From the NCBI GenBank assembly GCA_041859875.1, contig JBFLFY010000004.1, positions 8,038 to 72,037 on the forward strand: a DNA stretch of 64,000 nucleotides, written 5' to 3'. The notes under the pieces were generated by a model. It was not told where the DNA came from, did no database searches, and saw only the letters and a program-made list of their open reading frames with translations. Within the stretch, counting starts at the first letter, position 1. The number at the start of each line of letters is the position of its first letter. Position numbers and translations under genes: made by a program. Shown here one piece after another: positions 20,729-30,116 of this stretch. The stretch is from Caproicibacter sp. (GTDB taxonomy: Bacteria; Bacillota; Clostridia; Oscillospirales; Acutalibacteraceae).

Positions 20729-21442
20729 ATGAACAGCAATTTTTCCAGAATCATAACCTTACTGCGCAAAGAACGTGGGTACAGCCAGAAAAAAGTAGCA
20801 GGCGACCTCGCTATTTCTCAGGCACTGCTTTCGCATTACGAAAAGGGAATCCGTGAATGCGGGCTTGACTTTGTGGTAAAAGTTGCCGATTATTATAATG
20901 TTTCGTGCGATTATCTGCTGGGCCGCACACCGCAGCGCAACGGCGCAACAATCGCTGTAGAAGATATTCCGGAACCGGACGCAGCCGGGCATGAGAACAT
21001 TATGCACGGCCACGGTGGAAGTATGCTGCCGCTTTTGAACAAAAAGCTGATAGAAAATTCCCTGAACATTATTTTCAGCTTTCTGCAGCACTTCAACAAC
21101 AAAGCCATTACAGCCGAGATTTCGACTTTTCTTACGATTGCCGTTTACCGGGCTTTCCGCGTTTTGTACTCTGCGAACCCCAAAAATCCACAGGGGCTTT
21201 TTGCCGTACCCTTCCGCCTGTGCAGCAACCGTGCCATGGCGGCACAGGAAATTGCCCTAAGCAATGCCGCTTCGCTTGTTTCCGGTGAAAAAGTCGAAAA
21301 TATGGAACCTGTGGCAAAAGGAAATGTTCCCATTGTTACACCGGAAAAGCTTTCTGCGGAATATCCGCTGTTTGCCCCTTCGCTTCTGAACCTGATACAG
21401 AATTCCGAAAATCGGATAACCGGGAAAAGGCGGCTAAAATAA
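20729..21442 (+). CDS. XRE-family transcriptional regulator with extended C-terminal domain
   Basis: LRKERGYSQKKVAGDLAISQALLSHYEKG, VSCDYLLG. Confidence 0.85.
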   Translation: MNSNFSRIITLLRKERGYSQKKVAGDLAISQALLSHYEKGIRECGLDFVVKVADYYNVSCDYLLGRTPQRNGATIAVEDIPEPDAAGHENIMHGHGGSMLPLLNKKLIENSLNIIFSFLQHFNNKAITAEISTFLTIAVYRAFRVLYSANPKNPQGLFAVPFRLCSNRAMAAQEIALSNAASLVSGEKVENMEPVAKGNVPIVTPEKLSAEYPLFAPSLLNLIQNSENRITGKRRLK

Positions 21443-21514
21443 TTATAGCATAGTTGCGGCTTTTTGAAAATACAGCCGTTTTCGTTTCATCATAAAGACC
21501 CACAGAAACTGTGG

Positions 21515-21560
21515 AAAAAAGCCTGCCGGAGTGCTTTCGCACTTCGGCAGGCTTTTTGTT
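21515..21560 (+). terminator. Intrinsic terminator
   Basis: AAAAAGCCTGCCGGAGTGC-TTTC-GCACTTCGGCAGGCTTTTT. Confidence 0.85.
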
Positions 21561-21607
21561 GTAATCCTTTCGCAAATGGCTGTTTTGAAAAACATTTGCT
21601 TATGCTG

Positions 21608-21639
21608 TTGACATTTGTATATTATACGCTGTATAATAT
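21608..21639 (+). promoter_or_regulatory. sigmaA promoter with overlapping palindromic operator (likely PadR site)
   Basis: TTGACA-18 bp-TATAAT; ATATTATAC-GCT-GTATAATAT palindrome at 21619-21639. Confidence 0.7.
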
Positions 21640-21675
21640 TGCTCGTAATAAATCCACAGGGAGGCGAACAATCAC

Positions 21676-22026
21676 TTGACTTTTCAATCGGGTCCGGCTT
21701 TGCTGGATGCCTGCGTGCTTTCCGTTCTATGCAAAGGCGACACCTACGGATATGTTTTAACGCAGAATGTTAAAGAAGTATTCGGTATCTCGGAGTCTTC
21801 CCTTTACCCCGTGCTCCGAAGGCTGCAAAAGAGCAGTTACCTTACCACCTATGACCAGACGTTTCACGGACGGAACCGGCGTTACTATTCCATAACGCCC
21901 GAGGGGAAGCAAAAGCTCTTGGAATACTGTGAAGAATGGAAAGAATATCGGTCAAAAATTGATCAGTTTTTATTGGGAGGCGTATTAGATGAACCGGGAA
22001 CAGTTTCTGGAGAAACTGAAAAATAA
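21676..22026 (+). CDS. PadR-family transcriptional regulator
   Basis: DTYGY, SLYPVLRRL, RRYYSIT; TTG start after GGGAGG. Confidence 0.92.
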   Translation: MTFQSGPALLDACVLSVLCKGDTYGYVLTQNVKEVFGISESSLYPVLRRLQKSSYLTTYDQTFHGRNRRYYSITPEGKQKLLEYCEEWKEYRSKIDQFLLGGVLDEPGTVSGETEK

Positions 22027-22573
22027 ATTAAAGGGGCTTCCAGCAGAAGATGTGAGCAGCGCCCTGGAATACTACGAAGAATATCTTGACGACGCAGGGC
22101 CTGAAAACGAAGAGGCAACCATTGCCGCATGGGGGTCTCCCGACCAGCTTGCCGGGCAGATTCTGGCTGACTATGCCGTGAAGCAAGTCAATGCGGAACC
22201 ATCCGCGAAGAAGAGTCTTTCCACTGCATGGGTCGTAATTCTGGCAATTTGTGCATCGCCTATTGCCGTGCCGGTTGCCGCGGTTATCATCTGCCTGATG
22301 GCTGTACTAGTTATTGTGGTTGCCGCAGTCATTTTGGGGCTCGGAGGATGCGCTGTCGGCCTTCTTGCTGGGGGTGCCGCGAGCATCATCATGGGCTTTG
22401 GCGTTATCTTTCAAAGCATTTCGTCCATGGTCTTTTTTGTTGGCCTTGGGTTGTTCAGTGTTGGAGCCGGAGCCGTGCTGATGATGTTTGTCATCTGGCT
22501 TAGCAAAGCAGGAATCCGCTGGGTTGCAAAACTTTTCAGCAAAGTACTGCCAAGGAGGAAAGCTCATGAATAA
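21989..22573 (+). CDS. DUF1700 family membrane protein
   Basis: MNREQFLEKL...LEYYEEY...WGSP N-terminus plus TM helices; PadR context. Confidence 0.85.
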   Translation: MNREQFLEKLKNKLKGLPAEDVSSALEYYEEYLDDAGPENEEATIAAWGSPDQLAGQILADYAVKQVNAEPSAKKSLSTAWVVILAICASPIAVPVAAVIICLMAVLVIVVAAVILGLGGCAVGLLAGGAASIIMGFGVIFQSISSMVFFVGLGLFSVGAGAVLMMFVIWLSKAGIRWVAKLFSKVLPRRKAHE

Positions 22574-23726
22574 GCGTCGAAAGATTCTCATCACAGCCTG
22601 CATTTTCATGGCGGCAGGCCTGCTGCTTGCTGCAGTAGGATATTTTACCGGTGCAAGCCGCACCGTTGTGCTGGGCAGCCACGGGATTACCATTGTCGGC
22701 GGCAACGGCAAGGATTTAAAATCACAAAAGGGTATAAAGTTAAATGGATTTACGTCTGTCGACGGACAAATAAGTGACTCTGACATTCGTTTCGTCCCAT
22801 CCGACCATTTTGGTATGGATTTTACCTATTCTGACGAAGCAGATAAGCCGAAAGCAGTTGTAAGTAATGGAACTCTAAAGATTATGCAGCAGTCTGAAAC
22901 AGGGAGCCACTGGTGTTCCATTGACTTGAGTGCCGGAAATGGCCACAGCTCTCATTCCATCACCGTTTATTACCCAACTGGAATTCACCTTGAAAAATTC
23001 AGCCTGCAAGAAGACAGCGGAAGCATTGACGCTTCCGGTTTCAGCGCAGCAAACACGGATATTGGCTGTACCTCTGGAAATGTGACGTTGAAGGACGCTT
23101 CCTGCGGAAAATGTACCATACAAATGGAAAATGGGGACAGCACCTTTACATCGGTTCGAGCAGATACACTGAAATACCAAAATAAAGATGGCAACAGCGA
23201 CTTTGATACCACGCAGATTTCCGGCTCCGGTACATCCATCGGTTCTTCCAACGGAAGCATTCGGATACAAACCTGTACCGTTCCGGATCTTATGCTTTCC
23301 GACGATTACGGAAATGTGTCCCTTACATCTCTGAAAACAGATCAGTTAAAGGCACAGCTTAAGAACGGAGAACTGCACTCCTCGAACTGTACCGTCGGCA
23401 ACGCACAGGTGGAAAATTCCTATGGCAGCGTGAAAATGGCGGGGCTTAACCTTGCCGCCGGTGCGGAAATCCGCTGCAAAGACGGTTCCGTCTCTCTCGA
23501 CGGGCTGCTGAAAGGCAAAACGGTGCTTCATTCTGATTACGGCAGCGTCTCGGTCAAAACTTCCCTTCCGCAAAGTAAATACCGCTGTAATTGTTCCACG
23601 GAGTGCGGCAGCGTCACTGTGAACGGCAAGCAATACGGCAAAGACGTTTTTATGCCGGTTAATGCCGACAATTCACTGGACATTACAGCGAAAGACGGCA
23701 GTATTGCCGCAGACTTTCAGCCTTAA
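22566..23726 (+). CDS. DUF4097 family beta-repeat protein
   Basis: N-terminal TM anchor; repeated SxxGxV/I beta units; AGGAGG RBS. Confidence 0.8.
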   Translation: MNKRRKILITACIFMAAGLLLAAVGYFTGASRTVVLGSHGITIVGGNGKDLKSQKGIKLNGFTSVDGQISDSDIRFVPSDHFGMDFTYSDEADKPKAVVSNGTLKIMQQSETGSHWCSIDLSAGNGHSSHSITVYYPTGIHLEKFSLQEDSGSIDASGFSAANTDIGCTSGNVTLKDASCGKCTIQMENGDSTFTSVRADTLKYQNKDGNSDFDTTQISGSGTSIGSSNGSIRIQTCTVPDLMLSDDYGNVSLTSLKTDQLKAQLKNGELHSSNCTVGNAQVENSYGSVKMAGLNLAAGAEIRCKDGSVSLDGLLKGKTVLHSDYGSVSVKTSLPQSKYRCNCSTECGSVTVNGKQYGKDVFMPVNADNSLDITAKDGSIAADFQP

Positions 23727-23767
23727 AGCAGCCAAAACGAGGTTTTGTTAGGAAGGAGTTTAGAATT

Positions 23768-24634
23768 ATGGATTTGGAAATTTGTCATTTAACGGTTCGA
23801 TATGGAAAATTTACAGCTTTGTCCGATGTATCACTTACCTTGCACAGCGGCGGCTTAACCGGTCTCGTTGGAACAAACGGAGCCGGAAAATCGACGCTGC
23901 TCAAAACAATTTCTACACTTCTGCGGCCAACGTCAGGTCAAATTCTGCTGAACGGCGTCAATATCTGCAAAAAGCCGGATGCCATGAGGCGTGTGCTTGG
24001 CTACCTGCCCCAGGAGGTGCCGGTCTACCCCAATTTGAACGCATGGGAATATCTTACGTTCCTCGCCTCGGTAAAAGGGCTTGAAGAAGAAAAAGCACGC
24101 AGGCAGATTAAGTCCCTGATGAAGACTCTGCATCTTTCTGAGGTCGGCAAAAAGCATCTTTCGCAGTTTTCCGGAGGAATGCGGCAGAGGGTCGGCATAG
24201 CAGGAGCATTGCTGGGCGACCCTAAAATCATCGTCTTTGACGAACCGACGACCGGCCTTGACCCTCAGGAACGCATTGCCGTCCGTAACCTGCTGACCAA
24301 ACTGGCCTGCGACAAAATCGTCCTTCTTTCCACACACATTGTTTCAGATGTGGAAGCCGCCGCCTCCAAACTGGTACTGCTGAAAAGCGGAAAAATTCTA
24401 TTTTACGGTTCTCCGGAAGAACTCACTGGACACGCGGAAGGTCATGTGTGGCAATGCTCGGTTCCAAGCATTTCCCTGCTTTCGCAGGATCTTGCCGTCA
24501 GTTCGGCCGTTCAGCAAAAATCCGGTATCAGTGTAAAGATTGTCGGGGCACAGCCTCCCTTCGGCGATTCGAAACTTTCTGTTCCGACTCTCGAAGATGC
24601 TTGCCTGTACGCACTGCGGGGTGAAAGTGCATGA
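23768..24634 (+). CDS. ABC transporter ATP-binding protein
   Basis: GTNGAGKST, FSGGMRQR, DEPTTGLD, STH. Confidence 0.93.
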   Translation: MDLEICHLTVRYGKFTALSDVSLTLHSGGLTGLVGTNGAGKSTLLKTISTLLRPTSGQILLNGVNICKKPDAMRRVLGYLPQEVPVYPNLNAWEYLTFLASVKGLEEEKARRQIKSLMKTLHLSEVGKKHLSQFSGGMRQRVGIAGALLGDPKIIVFDEPTTGLDPQERIAVRNLLTKLACDKIVLLSTHIVSDVEAAASKLVLLKSGKILFYGSPEELTGHAEGHVWQCSVPSISLLSQDLAVSSAVQQKSGISVKIVGAQPPFGDSKLSVPTLEDACLYALRGESA

Positions 24635-26082
24635 GCGGGTTTCAAAGAATTCTGGGAACGGCAAAAGCTGATTTTTTGGAACGCACGCGCAAGTTTTCTT
24701 TTTTTGCCTTCGCCGCCATTTTGGTCTTTGCGGTCTTCTGGTTTGTTCCCAAACCGTCGGGCGTTACCTCTATGGTTATCGAGCCGGCCAGGCTGCTTCA
24801 AGCTTCCGACCCTTCCTGGATTCCAATGTCTTCCGCCATGTGCGGCGGAATGCTTCTGTGCATTCTGGGATTTGCTTTTATTAAGGACACCGTACAGCAG
24901 GACTGCCATGCCGGTATTTTTTATTGGATTCAAACTTCACCCTTAAAGAGAAGTACTTATGTACTTGGGAAATTTGTTTCTAACGTATTTCTCCTTCTGC
25001 TGCTTTTGGGCTTTCTTATGGCAGCTTCTTTCTTTATGATGGTTCTTCACTTTCCGGGCCAGTTCATACCACTCTATGACTTTTTTTCGCCGTTCCTGTG
25101 CCTGGTACCCGGACTGTTCTTTGTTGCTGCGTTTGCCGTCTTGACCGACTGCGTGCCTGTATTCCGGAAAAGCAGCAGACTTTCCATTGCTGTTTTTCTC
25201 TGTTTCTCCGTCATGATTTTAACCTTTGAATCCCTCTGGCGCATTCATTTCCGCATCCTTTCCATCTTTGATTTCAGTGGGTTTCTCTGGATGCGTGACA
25301 GCATTTCAAATACCGTTCTCGCCGTTACAGGGCATCCTGTCACCCAAATCAATCTTTTTACAAGTGCCCACAGAACAAATGCGCAGCTGAAAGCAGTTGC
25401 TTTTCACGGTCTAACTCCATCCTATCAGTTTTTCATTGATAAACTGATTCTGGTGGCATTCAGCCTGCTTTTGGCCTTGCTTGCCTCTTTCATGCTGCCA
25501 AAATTTGAAAAGGCCGCAGCCTCTGCGCAAAAGCAAGCAGTACCCAAACCGAAAAATGCCCCTGCATGGATTCCACCGCTTCATTTTGGCATCATCCATT
25601 CCGAAGCACTGATTCTCATAAAAGACAGAACCAGACTTTGGTGGATTACAGCCATCTGCCTTTGGATTGCAACCATCTTCTCGCCGATGAACACAGTCTG
25701 CAGCGCACTTTTCCCGATTACTTTCGCCTGGATGCTTCCGGTCTTCTCCAAAATGGGATGCCTGGAGTACCAGACCGGCGTGAACTCCGTTTTGCGCACA
25801 ATCTCAAAAGCACCGCTGCTTCTGGCATTCGACTGTTGGAGTACAGGACTGGTTATCTCTTTGGCTGTTGGGTTCCCCACGCTGCTGCGGCTGCTCTTTT
25901 CCAACCAGATTGCTAATTTCATTTCCGCTTTGGTTTTCACGGCTGCCGTACCTTCCTTCGCCCTGTTTTTAGGGGAATGGACGAAAACAAACCGCCCCTT
26001 CGAAATTCTCTACCTCATTGTCTGTTACCTTGCAGTCAACGTCCCCAAATTGATTTTTGCCGGCGCTTACTTTACTGCCTAA
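24631..26082 (+). CDS. ABC-2-type permease, apparently truncated by a premature TAA
   Basis: Multi-TM protein coupled by ATGA overlap; frame stays open with a TM helix to TAA 26178. Confidence 0.8.
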   Translation: MSGFQRILGTAKADFLERTRKFSFFAFAAILVFAVFWFVPKPSGVTSMVIEPARLLQASDPSWIPMSSAMCGGMLLCILGFAFIKDTVQQDCHAGIFYWIQTSPLKRSTYVLGKFVSNVFLLLLLLGFLMAASFFMMVLHFPGQFIPLYDFFSPFLCLVPGLFFVAAFAVLTDCVPVFRKSSRLSIAVFLCFSVMILTFESLWRIHFRILSIFDFSGFLWMRDSISNTVLAVTGHPVTQINLFTSAHRTNAQLKAVAFHGLTPSYQFFIDKLILVAFSLLLALLASFMLPKFEKAAASAQKQAVPKPKNAPAWIPPLHFGIIHSEALILIKDRTRLWWITAICLWIATIFSPMNTVCSALFPITFAWMLPVFSKMGCLEYQTGVNSVLRTISKAPLLLAFDCWSTGLVISLAVGFPTLLRLLFSNQIANFISALVFTAAVPSFALFLGEWTKTNRPFEILYLIVCYLAVNVPKLIFAGAYFTA

Positions 26083-26216
26083 TCTACAGTACGGGTGATT
26101 GGGCTCATGATACTCACCGGTGTCATGCTGTTTTTGACCTTTGCTAAAAAACTGGCTGAAAACTGCCAAACGGCATAAACGGCATTCACCACCAGCAAAA
26201 CACTTCTTCTTTACAG

Positions 26217-26258
26217 CAAATGCCGGGCATATTCTAAAAAGAATATGCCCGGCATTTG
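26217..26258. terminator. Bidirectional terminator-like hairpin
   Basis: CAAATGCCGGGCATATTC...GAATATGCCCGGCATTTG. Confidence 0.75.
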
Positions 26259-26288
26259 GCGTCTAAAATAAAACCGAAAGCTCGGTAT

Positions 26289-27716
26289 TCAGCCATTTTT
26301 AATGAGGTCGCGGTACAAGTGGATATACTCGTTTGCTGAACGCCCCCAGCTAAAGTCGCAGGCCATGGCGCGCTTTACAAGAATCTTCCAGCCCGGGCGG
26401 TTCTTGTAGCCCTTCAGTGCGCGCATAACAGCATCGTACATATCGCCGCTGTCATAGGAGCGGAACGTAAAGCCGTTGCCTTTTCCATCGCCGCTGTCCT
26501 GTATCGAGTCTTTCAGGCCTCCGGTTTCCCGCACGACCGGGATTGTCCCATACCGCAGCGCAATCATCTGTGCCAGACCGCATGGCTCCGATTTCGACGG
26601 CATCAGGAAAATGTCAGCCGCTGCGTAAATCTTGTGCGAAAGCTCCGGGATAAATCCAAAGCAGGCGCACAGGCGGCCTGGGTAACGCTTCTGCATATCC
26701 TTAAAGTAATTTTCGTAATCCCAGTCGCCGGAACCAAGAACTACAAACTGCATATCCGTGTTCTGCATAAAGCCATCCAGTGCCTCACGCACAAGGTCAA
26801 GGCCTTTCTGCCCCACCATGCGCGTTACCATACCAACAAGCGGGGCATCTGCATCTTGATTTAGGTTCAGCCTCTTCTGAAGTTCCAGCTTGTTTTCGGC
26901 TTTTCCGGAAAGGTCTTCCGCCGTGTAATTGGCATAAATGGAATTGTCCTTTTCCGGGTCATAGGTTTCGACATCAATACCGTTCAGAATGCCGCTCAGT
27001 TTCCATTTGCGTTCCTGCAGGATTCCTTCCATGCCATAGGCAAACCACGGGTCCAGAATTTCCTGCGCATAGCTCGGGCTTACGGTTGTGACGCGGTTGG
27101 CACACTCAATCGCGCCTTTCATCAGGTTGATGCAGTCACCGTATTCCAAAATAGAGGTGCTGCCCTTCGGAATGCCAAGGACATCCTCCAGCAGTTCTTT
27201 GCCGTACTTGCCCTGGTACTGAATGTTGTGAATGGTAAAAATCGTTTTGATTCCTTTGTACCACTCTTTCTGAGCGTAAAAAATACTGTAATAAATCGGC
27301 ACAAGCGCTGTCTGCCAGTCGTTGCAGTGGATAATATCCGGCCGAAAATCAAGCAGCGGAAGCATCTCAATCACTGCGCGGGAAAAGAATGCAAAGCGTT
27401 CAGCATCATCATAATGGCCGTAAAGGCCGTGCCGCTTAAAATAATACTGGTTGTCAATCAGGTAACAGATGACGCCGCCGATGTGCGTTTCAAAAATACC
27501 GCAGTACTGCCTGCGCCAGGCGACCGGCACAGAAAGGCTGGTAATAAACTTCATGTTGTCGCGCAGTTCCTGCGGAATATCCTCATACAGCGGCATCACC
27601 AAGCGGCAGCCAATCAGCCTCAGGCGAAGTGCCTGAGGAAGGGAGCCCGCAACCTCGGCAAGCCCGCCCGTTGCCGCAAACGGCGCGGCTTCGCTGGTAC
27701 AATACAGAACTTTCAT
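26289..27716 (-). CDS. glgA: Glycogen synthase
   Basis: xTGGL loop, HCNDWQ, TIHN, EPCGLAQM, RETGGL. Confidence 0.95.
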   Translation of the reverse strand: MKVLYCTSEAAPFAATGGLAEVAGSLPQALRLRLIGCRLVMPLYEDIPQELRDNMKFITSLSVPVAWRRQYCGIFETHIGGVICYLIDNQYYFKRHGLYGHYDDAERFAFFSRAVIEMLPLLDFRPDIIHCNDWQTALVPIYYSIFYAQKEWYKGIKTIFTIHNIQYQGKYGKELLEDVLGIPKGSTSILEYGDCINLMKGAIECANRVTTVSPSYAQEILDPWFAYGMEGILQERKWKLSGILNGIDVETYDPEKDNSIYANYTAEDLSGKAENKLELQKRLNLNQDADAPLVGMVTRMVGQKGLDLVREALDGFMQNTDMQFVVLGSGDWDYENYFKDMQKRYPGRLCACFGFIPELSHKIYAAADIFLMPSKSEPCGLAQMIALRYGTIPVVRETGGLKDSIQDSGDGKGNGFTFRSYDSGDMYDAVMRALKGYKNRPGWKILVKRAMACDFSWGRSANEYIHLYRDLIKNG

Positions 27717-27756
27717 ATTACTACCCCCTGCTATATATTTCAAAAATGAAGCAAAT

Positions 27757-28872
27757 TTAAACTACACTGCCTTTTGCGATGTAAACTGGGTAAGACTCAA
27801 ACCCGAGAATCGAACGCTCGTCTTTTATCAAGACATTTTTGTCGGCAATCACATAGTTCAGGCGGCTGCCCTGGCTTATGACACTGTCCTGCAGAATAAC
27901 GCAGTTCTCAACCAGCGAACCTTTTCCAATATGCACTCCGCGGGAAAGGACGCTGTTGTGCACTTCGCCGTCAATCACGCATCCGTCGGCAACAAGCGAA
28001 TTGGAAATCTGGGAACCAAGCCCATACCGCGCCGGCATATCGTCGCGCACTTTCGTATAAATCGGGCGGTTCGGGTCAAACAGCTGCGTGCGCACGTTCG
28101 GCAGCATTAAGGCCATGTTGGCTTCAAAATACGAAGCTTCCGAGCAAATTGTTTTTGCGACGCCGGTAAAATCATAAGAAAACACCCGGTAGTTAGAAAT
28201 ATTCCTCTGCAGCAAGTCACGCTTAAAATGGTACAGGTTACGGCTCACGCAGTCCGTGACCAAACGCGTCAGCAGTTCCCGGCGCACAAGCATCATGTTG
28301 AGGCCGTAGCAGCAGTCGCCATCCGTACGCGGAGAAATCAGCATATCCCGCACGCGGCCGTCCGGGTCAACGGTAAAGACCGAAGGGTCTTTCATTTTCT
28401 CCGGCAGGCTGCCATAACGGCACACAAGGGTAATGTCTGCCTGTGTATTGATGTGCTGTGCCAGAACGTCAGTAAAATCGATGTTGCATACGGTGTTGCT
28501 GTCGGTCATCAGAACGTATTCTTCCTTGGAATTCTGCAGGAACGACTGTGCCGAATACAGCGACTCAATGCGGCTGTTGCTGCTGAAAGACTCTGCTTCA
28601 AACGGCGGCAGGATAAACAGCCCTTCGCGCTTGCGCGAAAGATTCCAAGCTTTGCCGGAGCCAAGGTGATCCATCAGGGACTGGTAGTTGCGCTTTGTAA
28701 TCACTCCGACTTTGCTGATGCCGGAATTCACCATGTTGGAAAGCGGAAAATCAATCAGGCAGTAACGGCCGCCAAAAGGAACGGAGCCCATGGTACGGTT
28801 TTCCGTCAGTTCCCGCATACTTTCTTCGTACATATTGGAAAAGATTAGCCCAAGCACATTATTTCCGCGCAT
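27757..28872 (-). CDS. glgD: ADP-glucose pyrophosphorylase subunit GlgD
   Basis: [24 protein letters not shown]; lacks the GGxGxRL motif. Confidence 0.93.
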   Translation of the reverse strand: MRGNNVLGLIFSNMYEESMRELTENRTMGSVPFGGRYCLIDFPLSNMVNSGISKVGVITKRNYQSLMDHLGSGKAWNLSRKREGLFILPPFEAESFSSNSRIESLYSAQSFLQNSKEEYVLMTDSNTVCNIDFTDVLAQHINTQADITLVCRYGSLPEKMKDPSVFTVDPDGRVRDMLISPRTDGDCCYGLNMMLVRRELLTRLVTDCVSRNLYHFKRDLLQRNISNYRVFSYDFTGVAKTICSEASYFEANMALMLPNVRTQLFDPNRPIYTKVRDDMPARYGLGSQISNSLVADGCVIDGEVHNSVLSRGVHIGKGSLVENCVILQDSVISQGSRLNYVIADKNVLIKDERSILGFESYPVYIAKGSVV

Positions 28873-30094
28873 CTTTTCCGGCCCCCCCTTGCATTGTTTC
28901 ACGGTCAATCATTGCTTTTGGCGGAATCACCGTTCCGGGCGGAATGCTGCAACCGTCGCCCACAACAGTAACGCCCCACTCGTCCTTGTTCTGTATATCT
29001 TCCGGCCGTTTCCCAACGACTGAGCCTTTTCCGATTACGCAGTTTTCTGCGACGATGGCATACTGCACAACTGCATTCTCCTCAATGCGCGTGTTCGGCA
29101 TGATGATGGAGTCACGCACAACCGCGCCCGGTGCAATATAGACGCCGGAAAACAGCACGGCAAAATCGATTGTGCCATAAACGTTGCTGCCTTCCGCAAC
29201 AAGTGAGTTCTGCACTTTCGCGCTCTTTGCAATGTAATGCGGCGGCATAACCGGGTTGCGGCAGTAAATTTTCCAATTTTCCTCGTTCAGGTCAAGCGGA
29301 ACATTGGGGTTCAGCAAATCCATATTGGATTCCCACAGGCTGTCAATCGTCCCAACGTCTTTCCAGTAGCCTTCAAAACGGTAGGCAAACATCCGCTCGC
29401 CGGCTTTTAGCATGGCTGGAAGAACATTTTTGCCAAAGTCGTTGGAAGACTTCGGGTCAGCTTCGTCCGCTTCTAGGTATTTGCGGAGTTTGCTCCAGGT
29501 AAAGACGTAGATTCCCATGGATGCCTGGTCGCTTTTGGGGACTTTCGGCTTTTCGTCAAACTCGTAGATGGAGCCGTCTTCCTTCGTATTCATAATGCCG
29601 AAACGGCTGGCTTCTGCCATTGGGACCTCAATAACGGCAACTGTGCAGTCGGCATTCTTCTTTTTGTGGAACGCAATCATCTTGGAGTAATCCATTTTGT
29701 AAATGTGGTCGCCGGAAAGGACAATCACATATTCCGGATTATAGCGCTCTATGTAGGGGATGTTCTGGTAAATCGCGTTTGCCGTTCCCTTGTACCAGTC
29801 GGACTTGCGGCTGCGCTGGAATGGCGGAAGGACCCGCACCCCGGCGTTGGTACTGTCAAGGTCCCACGGCTGGCCGCTGCCGATATATTCGTTCAGTTCC
29901 AGCGGCTGGTACTGTGTAAGAACACCGACGCATTCAATGCCGGAATTAACACAGTTTGAAAGCGGAAAATCAATAATGCGGTATTTTCCGCCGTATGGCA
30001 CAGCCGGTTTTGCTAGATTTTTCGTCAGGACGCCGAGTCGGCTGCCCTGCCCTCCGGCCAGCAGCATCGCGACTACTTCCTGTTTTGGCAGCAT
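28859..30094 (-). CDS. glgC: Glucose-1-phosphate adenylyltransferase
   Basis: [32 protein letters not shown]. Confidence 0.97.
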   Translation of the reverse strand: MLPKQEVVAMLLAGGQGSRLGVLTKNLAKPAVPYGGKYRIIDFPLSNCVNSGIECVGVLTQYQPLELNEYIGSGQPWDLDSTNAGVRVLPPFQRSRKSDWYKGTANAIYQNIPYIERYNPEYVIVLSGDHIYKMDYSKMIAFHKKKNADCTVAVIEVPMAEASRFGIMNTKEDGSIYEFDEKPKVPKSDQASMGIYVFTWSKLRKYLEADEADPKSSNDFGKNVLPAMLKAGERMFAYRFEGYWKDVGTIDSLWESNMDLLNPNVPLDLNEENWKIYCRNPVMPPHYIAKSAKVQNSLVAEGSNVYGTIDFAVLFSGVYIAPGAVVRDSIIMPNTRIEENAVVQYAIVAENCVIGKGSVVGKRPEDIQNKDEWGVTVVGDGCSIPPGTVIPPKAMIDRETMQGGAGKDARK

Positions 30095-30116
30095 GGAGAT
30101 TCCTTCTTTCAGTCAT

